This document shows positions 36,652 to 46,198 of a DNA stretch of 64,000 nt, in pieces (position 1 is the stretch's first letter; each line of letters starts with the position of its first letter). The DNA is from Candidatus Pacearchaeota archaeon (GTDB lineage Archaea > Nanobdellota > Nanobdellia > Pacearchaeales > GW2011-AR1). A model generated the notes under the pieces. It searched no databases. It saw only the letters and a program-made list of their open reading frames with translations, and was not told the origin of the DNA. Made by a program: the position numbers and the translations under genes. The DNA is taken from the NCBI GenBank assembly GCA_023144035.1, contig JAGLGM010000001.1, forward strand, positions 65,091 through 129,090, written 5' to 3'.

Positions 36652-38370
36652 CTAAATTCTATCTTCAAGCTCTTCTTTTAAATCTTCAATAAATTCTTTA
36701 ATCTTAAGAGTTTTAATCTTTTTATTACCTCTAACTCTTACAGCTAAATTACCTTCTTTTTCTTCTTTATCACCAACTACAATTATATAAGGAATTTTCA
36801 TTAATTCAGCATCTTTAACTTTTGAAGCCACAGTTGTTTGTCTAATATCTGATTCTACTCTTAAACAATCAATTTCTTCTTGTAATTGTCTAACAATTTT
36901 ATTTGCATAAATTTCATTTCTATCTGTAAAACTTAAAACTTTAACTTGAACAGGCGCAAGCCAAGTTGGTAATCTTCCATTATAATGCTCAAGTAAGATT
37001 CCAATAAATCTTTCTAAACTTCCATAAATTGTTCTATGAATCATAACAGGTCTTTTTTTCTTATTATCTTTATCAGTATATTCTAAATCAAATCTTTCTG
37101 GCATCTGAAAATCAATTTGAATTGTACCACATTGCCAGGTTCTACCTAATGAATCTTTTACATGATAATCTATTTTTGGACCATAAAATACCCCCTCACC
37201 CTCTCCAATTTTATATTTTATCTTCTTTTTATCTAAAACCTTTTTTAAAACATTCTCTGCTTTATCCCAAACCTCTTCACTTCCAATTCTTTTCTCAGGA
37301 CGTGTTGATAATTCCACAGAATAACTAAAATTAAACTTTGAATAAAACAACTCAACCAAATCCATTACCCTATTTAACTCTGTTTCTACTTGTTTTTCAG
37401 TACAATAAATATGTGCATCATCTTGAGTAAATTGAATGACTCTAAACAATCCTCCTAAAACACCTGAAAGTTCTTGCCTATGAACAATTCCTAATTCTCC
37501 AATTCTTAATGGAAAATCTTTGTAACTTTTTGGTTTATTCTTAAAAATAAGCAATCCTCCGGGGCAATTCATTGGTTTTATTGCAAATTGTCTTTTTTCA
37601 TATTCTGTTAAAAATATATTTTCTTTGTACTTTTCCCAATGTCCTGAAATTTGCCACAATTTCTTATCTAAAATTTGAGGTGTAACAACTTCTTTATATT
37701 CTGCATTTTTATGAACTTCTTTCCAAAATTTAACAAGTTCATCTCTAATTACTAATCCATTATTATGCCAAAATACCATTCCAGGAGCAGTTTCATTAAA
37801 ACTAAACAAATCCATTTGTTGACCTAAAATTCTATGATCATTATCTTTAAGTTTTGAAGTATCTAACTTAGTTTTAGAAATTTCTCTTAATAATTTATTT
37901 GAATCAACTTCTTTTTCAGTTTCTTCTTTAGTTTCTTTGCCTTCTTCATCAATTTTTATCTCCCTACTTAATTCTGACAAAGGATGTCCTTTAACTTTCA
38001 TTTCAAATTCCTTATAATATCCAAAAGGGGCATGAACAACCTCAAAATCTTTTCTTAATTCTTCGTTTGCTTTCTTCATAACTTTCATAGCTAATTCAGG
38101 AGAAGCTAAATTACTAGATAAATGAGCATAAGGATATAATACAATCTTCTTTGCCTTAACTTGTCCTGCAATATCTTTTATATGTTTAACAAATTCTCTA
38201 ACAACACCCTCAACATTTGTATCTATTTTCTCAACAGCAGTTAAAATAGCTAAAGCCTCTTTTACTTTTGCACCTTTTTTTTCTTTTTCTGTAATATCTT
38301 CTATTTTCTTAAGAGCTTTTTTCAAAGGTTTAAAATGAATATGATCTACATGTAAACTTAAGAATTTCAT
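36652..38370 (-). CDS. thrS: Threonyl-tRNA synthetase, archaeal type (archaea-specific N-terminal editing domain plus class II core)
   Basis: 572 aa. Class II motifs (FRVIQFTQDDAHIY, motif 3 region). Anticodon-binding C-terminus. N-terminal ~140-aa archaeal editing-domain-like region. Confidence 0.85.
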   Translation of the reverse strand: MKFLSLHVDHIHFKPLKKALKKIEDITEKEKKGAKVKEALAILTAVEKIDTNVEGVVREFVKHIKDIAGQVKAKKIVLYPYAHLSSNLASPELAMKVMKKANEELRKDFEVVHAPFGYYKEFEMKVKGHPLSELSREIKIDEEGKETKEETEKEVDSNKLLREISKTKLDTSKLKDNDHRILGQQMDLFSFNETAPGMVFWHNNGLVIRDELVKFWKEVHKNAEYKEVVTPQILDKKLWQISGHWEKYKENIFLTEYEKRQFAIKPMNCPGGLLIFKNKPKSYKDFPLRIGELGIVHRQELSGVLGGLFRVIQFTQDDAHIYCTEKQVETELNRVMDLVELFYSKFNFSYSVELSTRPEKRIGSEEVWDKAENVLKKVLDKKKIKYKIGEGEGVFYGPKIDYHVKDSLGRTWQCGTIQIDFQMPERFDLEYTDKDNKKKRPVMIHRTIYGSLERFIGILLEHYNGRLPTWLAPVQVKVLSFTDRNEIYANKIVRQLQEEIDCLRVESDIRQTTVASKVKDAELMKIPYIIVVGDKEEKEGNLAVRVRGNKKIKTLKIKEFIEDLKEELEDRI

Positions 38371-38405
38371 ATTTCAACAAAGAATATTGGGTTTTTAAAA
38401 CTTTT

Positions 38406-39515
38406 TTACTTCAAATATCTCCTAATTTTCTTCTTAGATTTTGCTAATTTCTTTTGGTGAACTTTCAAAAAACTATTAATTTTCTTAATAGTATATTCTT
38501 TTAATTGCCCTGTTAATAATTCTCCCTTCCTATATTTTTCTTCAATTTCTTTTAATTTCTCATCATTTGGCTCAAAAAAGAATTTTAAATATTGAAAGCT
38601 AACATCAATATCAGGATTTCCACCTTTTTCTTGATGTTCTTTTAAAGTAGCTCTTCCACCTGAAAAAGCATATTTTTTAATTTTTCTTTCAACATCTTTT
38701 TCAGAATCTGTTAAAGCTATATATGAACTAGACTCTGAAGAAGACATTTTCCCTCCTCCAAGTCCTGAAATAAAAAGATGATAAGTTGAACTTAATTGGA
38801 TAAATCCTTTAACTCTCTTAGAAATATCTCTTGCTAATCTTAAATGAGGATCTTGATCAATACCTACAGGAACTAAAACAGGAATTTGTCCTTCAAATTC
38901 TTTTAATTGAGGATGCAACATATCAGAAGCTTGCAAAAGAGAAGACAACATTTTCCCAGGATTAATATCTCCATAAACAGCTTTAAATTCATTAAAATTT
39001 ACATGTCTAGCTAAAACATTCTGCAATCTATAATATGCATTTGCTTTTTTAGCATCTTTAGAACGTTCACTTTGAAAATAAATTTCACAATTTGCAGGTT
39101 TTAATCCTAATGCTATATAATTAGAAACATATTCTTCTAAAGCAATCTTTCTACTTTCTTCTAAACTTTGTCCTCTTGCATTATATGCTTCTATATCTGC
39201 AACAGCAATATATATTTTAGCTCCTAATTTCTGATAAAACACCATTTGCTGTGCTAAAATCATATGTCCAATATGGAATTTCCCAGTAGGCATTAAACCA
39301 GTCATCATCACAAAAGGTTTTTTAGATTTTATAATTTCTAAAATTCTTTGAATATCTCTATGTGCAAAAATAATTTTCCTTCTAAATAAAATTTCTTTAT
39401 TAAAAATCTTTGGAAGTTCAGTTAAATGAGAAACTCCAAATTTTTTAATCAACTTTTCATAGTCTAAATTTCCAGAAACTTCCCACGGAGTGATTTTACT
39501 TGATTCATTTATCAT
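38406..39515 (-). CDS. trpS: Tryptophanyl-tRNA synthetase (archaeal/eukaryotic type)
   Basis: 369 aa. N-terminal TPWEV...DYEKLIKKFG as in arch/euk TrpRS. HIGH motif (PTGKFHIGHM). KMSKS motif (KMSSS). Confidence 0.85.
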   Translation of the reverse strand: MINESSKITPWEVSGNLDYEKLIKKFGVSHLTELPKIFNKEILFRRKIIFAHRDIQRILEIIKSKKPFVMMTGLMPTGKFHIGHMILAQQMVFYQKLGAKIYIAVADIEAYNARGQSLEESRKIALEEYVSNYIALGLKPANCEIYFQSERSKDAKKANAYYRLQNVLARHVNFNEFKAVYGDINPGKMLSSLLQASDMLHPQLKEFEGQIPVLVPVGIDQDPHLRLARDISKRVKGFIQLSSTYHLFISGLGGGKMSSSESSSYIALTDSEKDVERKIKKYAFSGGRATLKEHQEKGGNPDIDVSFQYLKFFFEPNDEKLKEIEEKYRKGELLTGQLKEYTIKKINSFLKVHQKKLAKSKKKIRRYLK

Positions 39516-39597
39516 ACCTTGTTAAAGAAGAATCTATTTTTAAACATTATCAAATCCTACAAATATTTATAAATCCTATTTAGTTTAAATTATTAAA

Positions 39598-41628
39598 ATG
39601 AGGCGAACAATATTATCTCTAATTTTTCTTATCTTATTGGTATTAACTATATCAACTATATCTGCAGATGTAATTATTACTCAACAACCAAATGAGGTTT
39701 ATAATCTCGGAGATGTCGTAAATCTTCCAATGAAAATAACAACTGCTGTAGAGCTTCCATCATCTATTTTTAAAATAAATTTAATTTGTAATGGTATAGA
39801 AACACTTGTTTATCAAGAATTTTTGGTTCTTTCTACAGGAGAAGAAGCTGAACGAAATCCAAAAATTCCATTAATGCAAGAATTAATCGGAAGACCAACA
39901 GGAACTTGCGTATTAAAAGCAATTCTTGATTTAGAAACATTTGAATTAACAGAATCATTTACAATTTCAGATTATGTTACTATTTCAATAACTGAACAAA
40001 AATCAGAAGCTGCTCCAGAAGAAAATATAGTCTTAGAGGGAAATGCTATAAAAGATAATGGAGAAAATGTACAAGGAATAGGAGAAATAAGAATAATAAA
40101 AGATAATGAAACAATTATTGAATTAACAGACACTGTTAAAAATGGATATTTTTATTTTAATTTTTCTTTTCCTAAAGATTCACAAGCAGGGCAATATTTA
40201 GTCCAATTAAATATTTATGAAAATGACAATTTAGGAGAAAAAACAAATAAAGGATTTATTAATTACAATCTATTAATAGCTCAAGTTCCTACAAGCTTAG
40301 AAGTAATATTTGATACTCCAAAAGTAGAGCCTGGAACAGATTTAAAAGTTAAAACAATTCTTCATGACCAAACAGGAGTACCTATAGAAACAACTTCTAT
40401 TATTACAATAAAAAATGACAATCAGGAAATTATTGAACAAGTAGAAAAAAGCACAGGTGAATTCTTAGAATTCCCTATAGCTTATAACGAACCTGCAGCA
40501 GAATGGGAAATAGTTGCTCTTTCAAATAAAATAACAACAGAAGCTTCTTTTGAAATAATTGAAAAAGAAGATATAGAAATAGTTCTTATAAATAGAACAA
40601 TTACAATTTTAAATACAGGAAATATTCCTTATTGTAATAAATCTGTATTAATAAAAATAGGAAATGATTCTCTAAATGTTGATGTTTGTTTAGAAGTAGA
40701 TCAAGAACAAGAATATATTTTAACAGCTCCAGAAGGAGAATATCAAGTAGATATTATAAGTGAAGGTGAAGAAAAAATAAGCCAAAGTGTTATGCTTACA
40801 GGAAGAGCAATAGATGTAAAAGCTGTTTCAGGGAAAAACTTTATTAATCGTCCCTTAGTTTGGATTTTCTTGATAGGTATCTTAGGTTTTGTTGCATTTT
40901 TATTCTTTAAAAAAGGGTATAAAAGAAACTTTATAGGATATGTTACAAAAAGAAAGAAATCAAAAACCAGCACCCAATTAACAAAAGGTTCTCTATTAAA
41001 CACAAAGAACAAAGCAGAACTTTCTTTATCTATTAAAGGAGATAAACAAAATGTAAGTGTTATTTGTTTAAAAATAAAGAATCTACAAGAAATTAGTTCT
41101 AAAAAAGGAATTGTGGAAGAATCTTTACAAAAGATAATTAATTTAGTTGAAGAGAAAAAAGCATATGTTTATGAAAACAATGAAAATATATTTTTCATTT
41201 TTGCTCCTGTAAATACAAAAACTTTTAGTAATGAAAAATCAGCAGTTGATGTTGCTCAAAAAATATCAAATGCTTTAACAGAAGGGAATAAAATATACAA
41301 AGATAAAATAAACTTTGGAATTGGATTAAATTATGGAACAATTATAGCTAAAAAAGAAAAAGGAACATTCCAATTTATGAGTATGGGAACACTTATAACA
41401 ACTGCAAAAAAAACAGCAAATGCTTCTAAAGGAGATTTATTATTAGGTGAAAAAATGAATGATAAATTAAGAACACAAGTAAAAACAGAAAAAGAAATGC
41501 ATGGAAATACTGAATTATACAGGATAAAAGAAATCAAAACAAGAGGAGATCATAAAAACTTCTTAAGTAATTTTGTTAAAAAATTAGAAAAAGATAAAAA
41601 AGAACAAGAAGCTAAAAAATTAAAATAA
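39598..41628 (+). CDS. Single-pass membrane protein. Large extracellular domain, cytoplasmic class III nucleotidyl-cyclase-like domain
   Basis: 676 aa. Signal peptide. TM at ~PLVWIFLIGILGFVAFLFF. C-terminal FGIGLNYGTIIAKKEKGTFQFMSMGTLITTAKKTANASKGDLLLGE resembles the CYTH-unrelated class III cyclase core. Similarity is weak. Confidence 0.45.
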   Translation: MRRTILSLIFLILLVLTISTISADVIITQQPNEVYNLGDVVNLPMKITTAVELPSSIFKINLICNGIETLVYQEFLVLSTGEEAERNPKIPLMQELIGRPTGTCVLKAILDLETFELTESFTISDYVTISITEQKSEAAPEENIVLEGNAIKDNGENVQGIGEIRIIKDNETIIELTDTVKNGYFYFNFSFPKDSQAGQYLVQLNIYENDNLGEKTNKGFINYNLLIAQVPTSLEVIFDTPKVEPGTDLKVKTILHDQTGVPIETTSIITIKNDNQEIIEQVEKSTGEFLEFPIAYNEPAAEWEIVALSNKITTEASFEIIEKEDIEIVLINRTITILNTGNIPYCNKSVLIKIGNDSLNVDVCLEVDQEQEYILTAPEGEYQVDIISEGEEKISQSVMLTGRAIDVKAVSGKNFINRPLVWIFLIGILGFVAFLFFKKGYKRNFIGYVTKRKKSKTSTQLTKGSLLNTKNKAELSLSIKGDKQNVSVICLKIKNLQEISSKKGIVEESLQKIINLVEEKKAYVYENNENIFFIFAPVNTKTFSNEKSAVDVAQKISNALTEGNKIYKDKINFGIGLNYGTIIAKKEKGTFQFMSMGTLITTAKKTANASKGDLLLGEKMNDKLRTQVKTEKEMHGNTELYRIKEIKTRGDHKNFLSNFVKKLEKDKKEQEAKKLK

Positions 41629-42144
41629 TTCTAAATAACTATTAATTATTGCACGTTTTATTTCAGGATGTTTTTCTTCTAAATTGCCTATAAAATTTGA
41701 AATATTATCTTTCTTTTCATCCTCTTTTCTAAATTTTAATCCCTTTAATTTAGCATATAATAAAACTTCTTCATCTAAAAATAAATATAATGGTTTAATC
41801 ACTTTTCCTTGAACAGCTTTCAAGTCTCTCAAATTCTCCACCTTTCCTTTAATTAATTCATGAATAAATTTATCTGACCCCATATCTATAGTAGATGAAA
41901 TTGCTTTTTTTGCTTTAAAATTATTTCTTTTTACTAATTTAATATCTGCTTTTTCAGAAAACATTTTTAAAACATCTTCTAACACAACTCCTCTAAAATC
42001 TCCTTTATTTTCATAAAAAATCAAATCATTATTTTTTATCATTTCAAATTTCCTAATTGTATATAGAACCTTCTTTTGAAAATATTTAAGAAATTCTGAT
42101 TTAGTTAATTTCCTTTGATTAGTAAATTCATATACATATTTCAT
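41620..42144 (-). CDS. Hypothetical protein (operon partner of ThiI-like PP-loop ATPase)
   Basis: 174 aa. Its start overlaps the upstream gene stop. Confidence 0.4.
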   Translation of the reverse strand: MKYVYEFTNQRKLTKSEFLKYFQKKVLYTIRKFEMIKNNDLIFYENKGDFRGVVLEDVLKMFSEKADIKLVKRNNFKAKKAISSTIDMGSDKFIHELIKGKVENLRDLKAVQGKVIKPLYLFLDEEVLLYAKLKGLKFRKEDEKKDNISNFIGNLEEKHPEIKRAIINSYLELF

Positions 42145-43037
42145 TATAATTTCTCCTTATCAAACTTCTCCCTATCTTTTAAATTTCCTTTTTTTGAATA
42201 TGCTTTAATTAATTTATTTGTTTTATTAATAACTGCTTTGGAAAGGGCGGTGGTAGGGGAAGTGGTGGCTTTACTCATTATTACTGCACTTGGAGCAGGA
42301 TAATCTGGTTCAATAACTTTTCCTGCTTTACTTGATTCAATAATTTTATTCTCCTTCTCATCTCTTCCAATAATAATCCATATTTTACCAAACATAAAAT
42401 GTCTCCCAATTCCAACAAGATTTATTTCTTTTTCATTTAATCCTCTTTTTAGTAAAGTCTCTAATCTAATTTTCAAAGCTTTTTCACAAAGTAAACATCC
42501 TCCAGCAGGATCAGGATATTTAATCTTAAATTTTTTAGCAAGAGCAATCTGAGGTTTTCTAGATCTTCCCTGAAATTTATAAAAATCAATTAAAGGTCTA
42601 ATAATTCTATTTTTTAATTTTGATTCTTCCTCAATTACTTTTATTTGCTTTTTTTGTTGAGACATAGGCCTTTGACCAATAACTTCTCCTGTTACAATAA
42701 ATTCAATCTTTTGTTTATCTGCAAATTTCTTTACTTTCTTTAACATAAAAATTCGACAATCAATGCAAGGATTTATTCCTGCACCTCTTCCATGTTTAGC
42801 TTTCTTAATAACTTCTAAATACTCTTTTAAGAGCTTTCCCTTTGTACAATCAAAAACTTTAAGTTTTAACCCTTGTAATTGTGAAAAATTAAAAGAACAC
42901 CCTTCACTACAACATCCTGTTCCAAAAGGTAATTTAAAAAATACTGCAAGAACATCAAACCCTTTTTCTTGCATAATCTTAATAGCAAGTCTACTATCTA
43001 ATCCTCCTGAAAACATAACAATACATTTTTTCTTCAT
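42144..43037 (-). CDS. ThiI-like PP-loop ATPase (tRNA sulfurtransferase family)
   Basis: 297 aa. SGGLDS PP-loop. FIVTGEVIGQ...RIIRPLI matches ThiI xVTGExLGQ...RPLi. CxxC (CIDC) present. Confidence 0.55.
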   Translation of the reverse strand: MKKKCIVMFSGGLDSRLAIKIMQEKGFDVLAVFFKLPFGTGCCSEGCSFNFSQLQGLKLKVFDCTKGKLLKEYLEVIKKAKHGRGAGINPCIDCRIFMLKKVKKFADKQKIEFIVTGEVIGQRPMSQQKKQIKVIEEESKLKNRIIRPLIDFYKFQGRSRKPQIALAKKFKIKYPDPAGGCLLCEKALKIRLETLLKRGLNEKEINLVGIGRHFMFGKIWIIIGRDEKENKIIESSKAGKVIEPDYPAPSAVIMSKATTSPTTALSKAVINKTNKLIKAYSKKGNLKDREKFDKEKL

Positions 43038-43067
43038 AACAAGAAAATAGAAAAAGTATTTTATAAA

Positions 43068-43928
43068 CTATTTCTTCTTAGACTTTTGAACTGGTTTATC
43101 TTTAATTGCTTTAACTTGCTCTTTAACTTGTTTCTTAATCTGTTCTTTAACTTCTTTAGTTGATTCTCCTCTCTGAAATAATTTTGAAATTTTAAATCCT
43201 ACAAGAAATAATTTAACAACAAATCCAATTATTACAAGTCCAAGTCCTGTAAAGAAAGCAATATTAAAAACAACACGTGCTTTTGAAAAGAAAATACTTA
43301 ATAATTCAAAAACTATTTTATCTCCTGAAAAAGACATAAAAGTTCCAATTTTTAAGAAAGGTATTGCAGCAACTATTAATAAAATTCCAGGAATTAAAAA
43401 AGAATTTTGTTTCTTTTTATATAATAAAAATAAACAACCAATTAAAACAAGAGCAACAGTTAATGCCCAGTAAAATTTAGCTTTCCAATAATCTCTTGCA
43501 TATTCTGAAACTAAAAATAAAGGAATTTCTTCTTCTCCAAGACACTTCCAAAAATCACAAGTATAATCTTTATAATAAGCAGTTTCAATAATACTATCAA
43601 CTCCTGAAGCTATAATTGCATCTGTTCCTTGAGTTAAAGTTTCACATGAAAGTGTAATTTCAAATCCCCCTTCACTAAAAACATATCCTTCTGGATAATC
43701 TTCACATTGAATATTCATATTTTCTAATTCTTTTTCTATTTCAGCTGGGATATCAACTCCTATTTCTTCTTCTAAAGTTCCTTGAATTAAAGGAGCAATT
43801 TTATCATAAACATTTTCATATTGTAAAGATAAAGTTAATGTTAAAAAAGAACATCCAAGTAAAAAAATTATAAAGAGTAAAATAGTTACAAAAACTCCTA
43901 AAGCACCTCTTATAAACCCCATATACAA
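43068..43928 (-). CDS. Hypothetical polytopic membrane protein with Lys/Glu-rich repetitive C-tail
   Basis: 286 aa. Several TM helices. KEVKEQIKKQVKEQVKAIKDK tail. Confidence 0.4.
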   Translation of the reverse strand: MYMGFIRGALGVFVTILLFIIFLLGCSFLTLTLSLQYENVYDKIAPLIQGTLEEEIGVDIPAEIEKELENMNIQCEDYPEGYVFSEGGFEITLSCETLTQGTDAIIASGVDSIIETAYYKDYTCDFWKCLGEEEIPLFLVSEYARDYWKAKFYWALTVALVLIGCLFLLYKKKQNSFLIPGILLIVAAIPFLKIGTFMSFSGDKIVFELLSIFFSKARVVFNIAFFTGLGLVIIGFVVKLFLVGFKISKLFQRGESTKEVKEQIKKQVKEQVKAIKDKPVQKSKKK

Positions 43929-43953
43929 TTAAGAAAAAGATAGTTTATAAAAT

Positions 43954-44832
43954 TTACATTCTCTCCAAAACTTGAATTCTTTTATCAAGTGAAGGATGTG
44001 TTTTACCCATTGCTCCAAAAGGATTTGAAATAAATAAAGGTGCAACAGCTTTACTAACTTTCTTTTCAGGGGGAGCATGGTCTTCTTTAATTTTTTTCAA
44101 AGCTCTTATTAATCCACCAGGATATCTTGTAAACTTTACAGCAGAAGCATCTGCAACAAATTCTCTTTTTCTAGAAATTGACATTTGAACAATATAAACT
44201 ACAATAGGTGCTAAAATTGCTAAAGCAATTCCGATTATCATAAAAATAATTTTACTTTTATCATTTCCTCCACTACTAAACCATAAACTTCTTAAAAATA
44301 TTTGAGAAATAATTGCAACCATTCCAACCATAACAGCAACTAAAGTCATATATCTCATATCATAACTTGCTATATGGCCTAACTCATGCGCAAGAACTGC
44401 TTCAAGTTCATTTTTATCTAATTTTTCTAAAGCCCCTTCTGTAACACAAATCACTGCATGTTGAGGATCTCTACCAGAAGCAAAAGCATTTATCTGTTTA
44501 GAGTGCATAATATAAAGTTCTGGCTTAGGCAAACCTGAAGCTAAAGTTAATCCTTCAACTAAACTATGATATTGTTTATAATCATCTTTGTAAGCTTTAG
44601 TCGCTTTAACACTCGCAATTGCAATACGATGTGAATTATAATAACTAATTAAAATATAACTCATTGAAAATAAAATTGCAACAATCATTATAATAAAAAA
44701 ATATGCAGGACTAAATGCCAAAGAAATAACATAACCTAATAAAACTAATATTACAAATACACTAAACATTAGAAAAACAGATCTTCTTTTATTTCTTGTA
44801 ATTTGATCACGGAAATCTATTCTTTTTTTCAT
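43954..44832 (-). CDS. htpX: HtpX-like M48 family membrane Zn-metalloprotease
   Basis: 292 aa. HELGHI motif, TM helices, C-terminal conserved Glu region. Confidence 0.8.
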   Translation of the reverse strand: MKKRIDFRDQITRNKRRSVFLMFSVFVILVLLGYVISLAFSPAYFFIIMIVAILFSMSYILISYYNSHRIAIASVKATKAYKDDYKQYHSLVEGLTLASGLPKPELYIMHSKQINAFASGRDPQHAVICVTEGALEKLDKNELEAVLAHELGHIASYDMRYMTLVAVMVGMVAIISQIFLRSLWFSSGGNDKSKIIFMIIGIALAILAPIVVYIVQMSISRKREFVADASAVKFTRYPGGLIRALKKIKEDHAPPEKKVSKAVAPLFISNPFGAMGKTHPSLDKRIQVLERM

Positions 44833-44867
44833 AAATAATATAAATTAAACTGGTTTTTAAGATTAAC

Positions 44868-45335
44868 CTAATTACATTTTCCCTTAGAAGCAAATATTTT
44901 CACGCCTTCTAATTTTTCTCTTGCCTCTTCATATGCTTTGCCATCATTCATTATATTAAAAGAATCATATGTATTACGAAATTTTTGTTTAAGGTGAAGT
45001 TCCCCATCTTTTTCATAAATAAAATTACTCCATTTCATTAAAGATGAACAATCTCCTTCTGAAAATTCAAAAGCTCTTAATTCTGAAGACATAACAAGAT
45101 TTGAAGAAATAGTCTGTAATCTTCCAATCCCTGCATAATCTCCAACACAATAAGCAAATATAAAACCAGTTATTTCACTTTTAATATCCTCTCTCTCATA
45201 AATTCTTCCTTTAATTTTTTCAGGGCTTGCAGGCCATGCATTTTTTGTAGGATCAAGGTTCAACTCTAAAAGTCCCTTATTTGTAGAAGCAAGTCTTTCA
45301 AGATCTTTTTCACAAAGTATCTTATAAGTTTTCAT
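44868..45335 (-). CDS. Hypothetical protein between lemA and htpX
   Basis: 155 aa. No family recognised. Confidence 0.35.
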   Translation of the reverse strand: MKTYKILCEKDLERLASTNKGLLELNLDPTKNAWPASPEKIKGRIYEREDIKSEITGFIFAYCVGDYAGIGRLQTISSNLVMSSELRAFEFSEGDCSSLMKWSNFIYEKDGELHLKQKFRNTYDSFNIMNDGKAYEEAREKLEGVKIFASKGKCN

Positions 45336-45388
45336 AAAAAAATCAATATCTACAAGATTTAAAAAAATATGTATACTCTAAAATTATA

Positions 45389-45943
45389 TTAAAATTTAAC
45401 ATCAACTTTCTTTTTCTCTGATTCTGTTATTTGAAGATATTTTCTTTCTTTTTTTCCATACATATTAGCAAAAATAACTCCTGGGAAAGTTTTACATAAA
45501 TTATTGTAAGCTAAAATAGAATCATTATAAAATTGCCTAGCATATGCAATCTTATCTTCTGTTGCTGTAAGTTCTCTTTGTAATTCAAGAAAATTAGTAT
45601 TTGCCTTTAAATCAGGATAACCTTCTGCAAGTGCAAAAATTGTCTTTAATGCAGATTCTAATTGTTTGTTTGCCTCAACTTTTTTCTCTACACCTTTAGC
45701 ACCCATCAATACTTTACGAGCATCTGTAACTTCTTTAATAGCTGCTTTTTCATGTTTCATATAACCTTTAACAGATTCAATTAAATTAGGAATTAAATCT
45801 GCCCTTCTCTTTAATTGAACATTTATTTGTGCTAAAGAATTATCAATTCTATTTCCTAATAATACAAATTTATTATAATATCCTAAGAAAATAAAAATTA
45901 GTAAAACTGCTACAATAATTAAAATCCAAAATACTAATAACAT
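45389..45943 (-). CDS. lemA: LemA-family membrane protein
   Basis: 184 aa. N-terminal TM plus LKRRADLIPNLIESVKGYMKHEK match LemA. Confidence 0.85.
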   Translation of the reverse strand: MLLVFWILIIVAVLLIFIFLGYYNKFVLLGNRIDNSLAQINVQLKRRADLIPNLIESVKGYMKHEKAAIKEVTDARKVLMGAKGVEKKVEANKQLESALKTIFALAEGYPDLKANTNFLELQRELTATEDKIAYARQFYNDSILAYNNLCKTFPGVIFANMYGKKERKYLQITESEKKKVDVKF

Positions 45944-45993
45944 ATTTAAGATAAAAAAACTAGATTTATAAAGTTAATGAAATAATAATAAAC

Positions 45994-46164
45994 ATGACAA
46001 GCGTAGATAAAGAAAAGTGTATTGGGTGTGGCAGATGTATAGAAATTTGTGAAGAAGTTTTTTCTATGCAAAGTGATGGAAAAGCTTTTGTAAAGAAAGA
46101 ATCAAACAATCCTTGTGTAAAAGACGCAATTGCTTCATGTCCTGTTGAAGCTATAGAAGAATAA
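45994..46164 (+). CDS. fdx: Small ferredoxin (single [4Fe-4S] / [3Fe-4S] type). Not in ORF track (<60 aa)
   Basis: MTSVDKEKCIGCGRCIEICEEVFSMQSDGKAFVKKESNNPCVKDAIASCPVEAIEE. CxxCxxC...C(P) pattern. Confidence 0.65.
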   Translation: MTSVDKEKCIGCGRCIEICEEVFSMQSDGKAFVKKESNNPCVKDAIASCPVEAIEE

Positions 46165-46198
46165 AAACCTTTATTAAGTATTTTTATTTTTATTTAAT

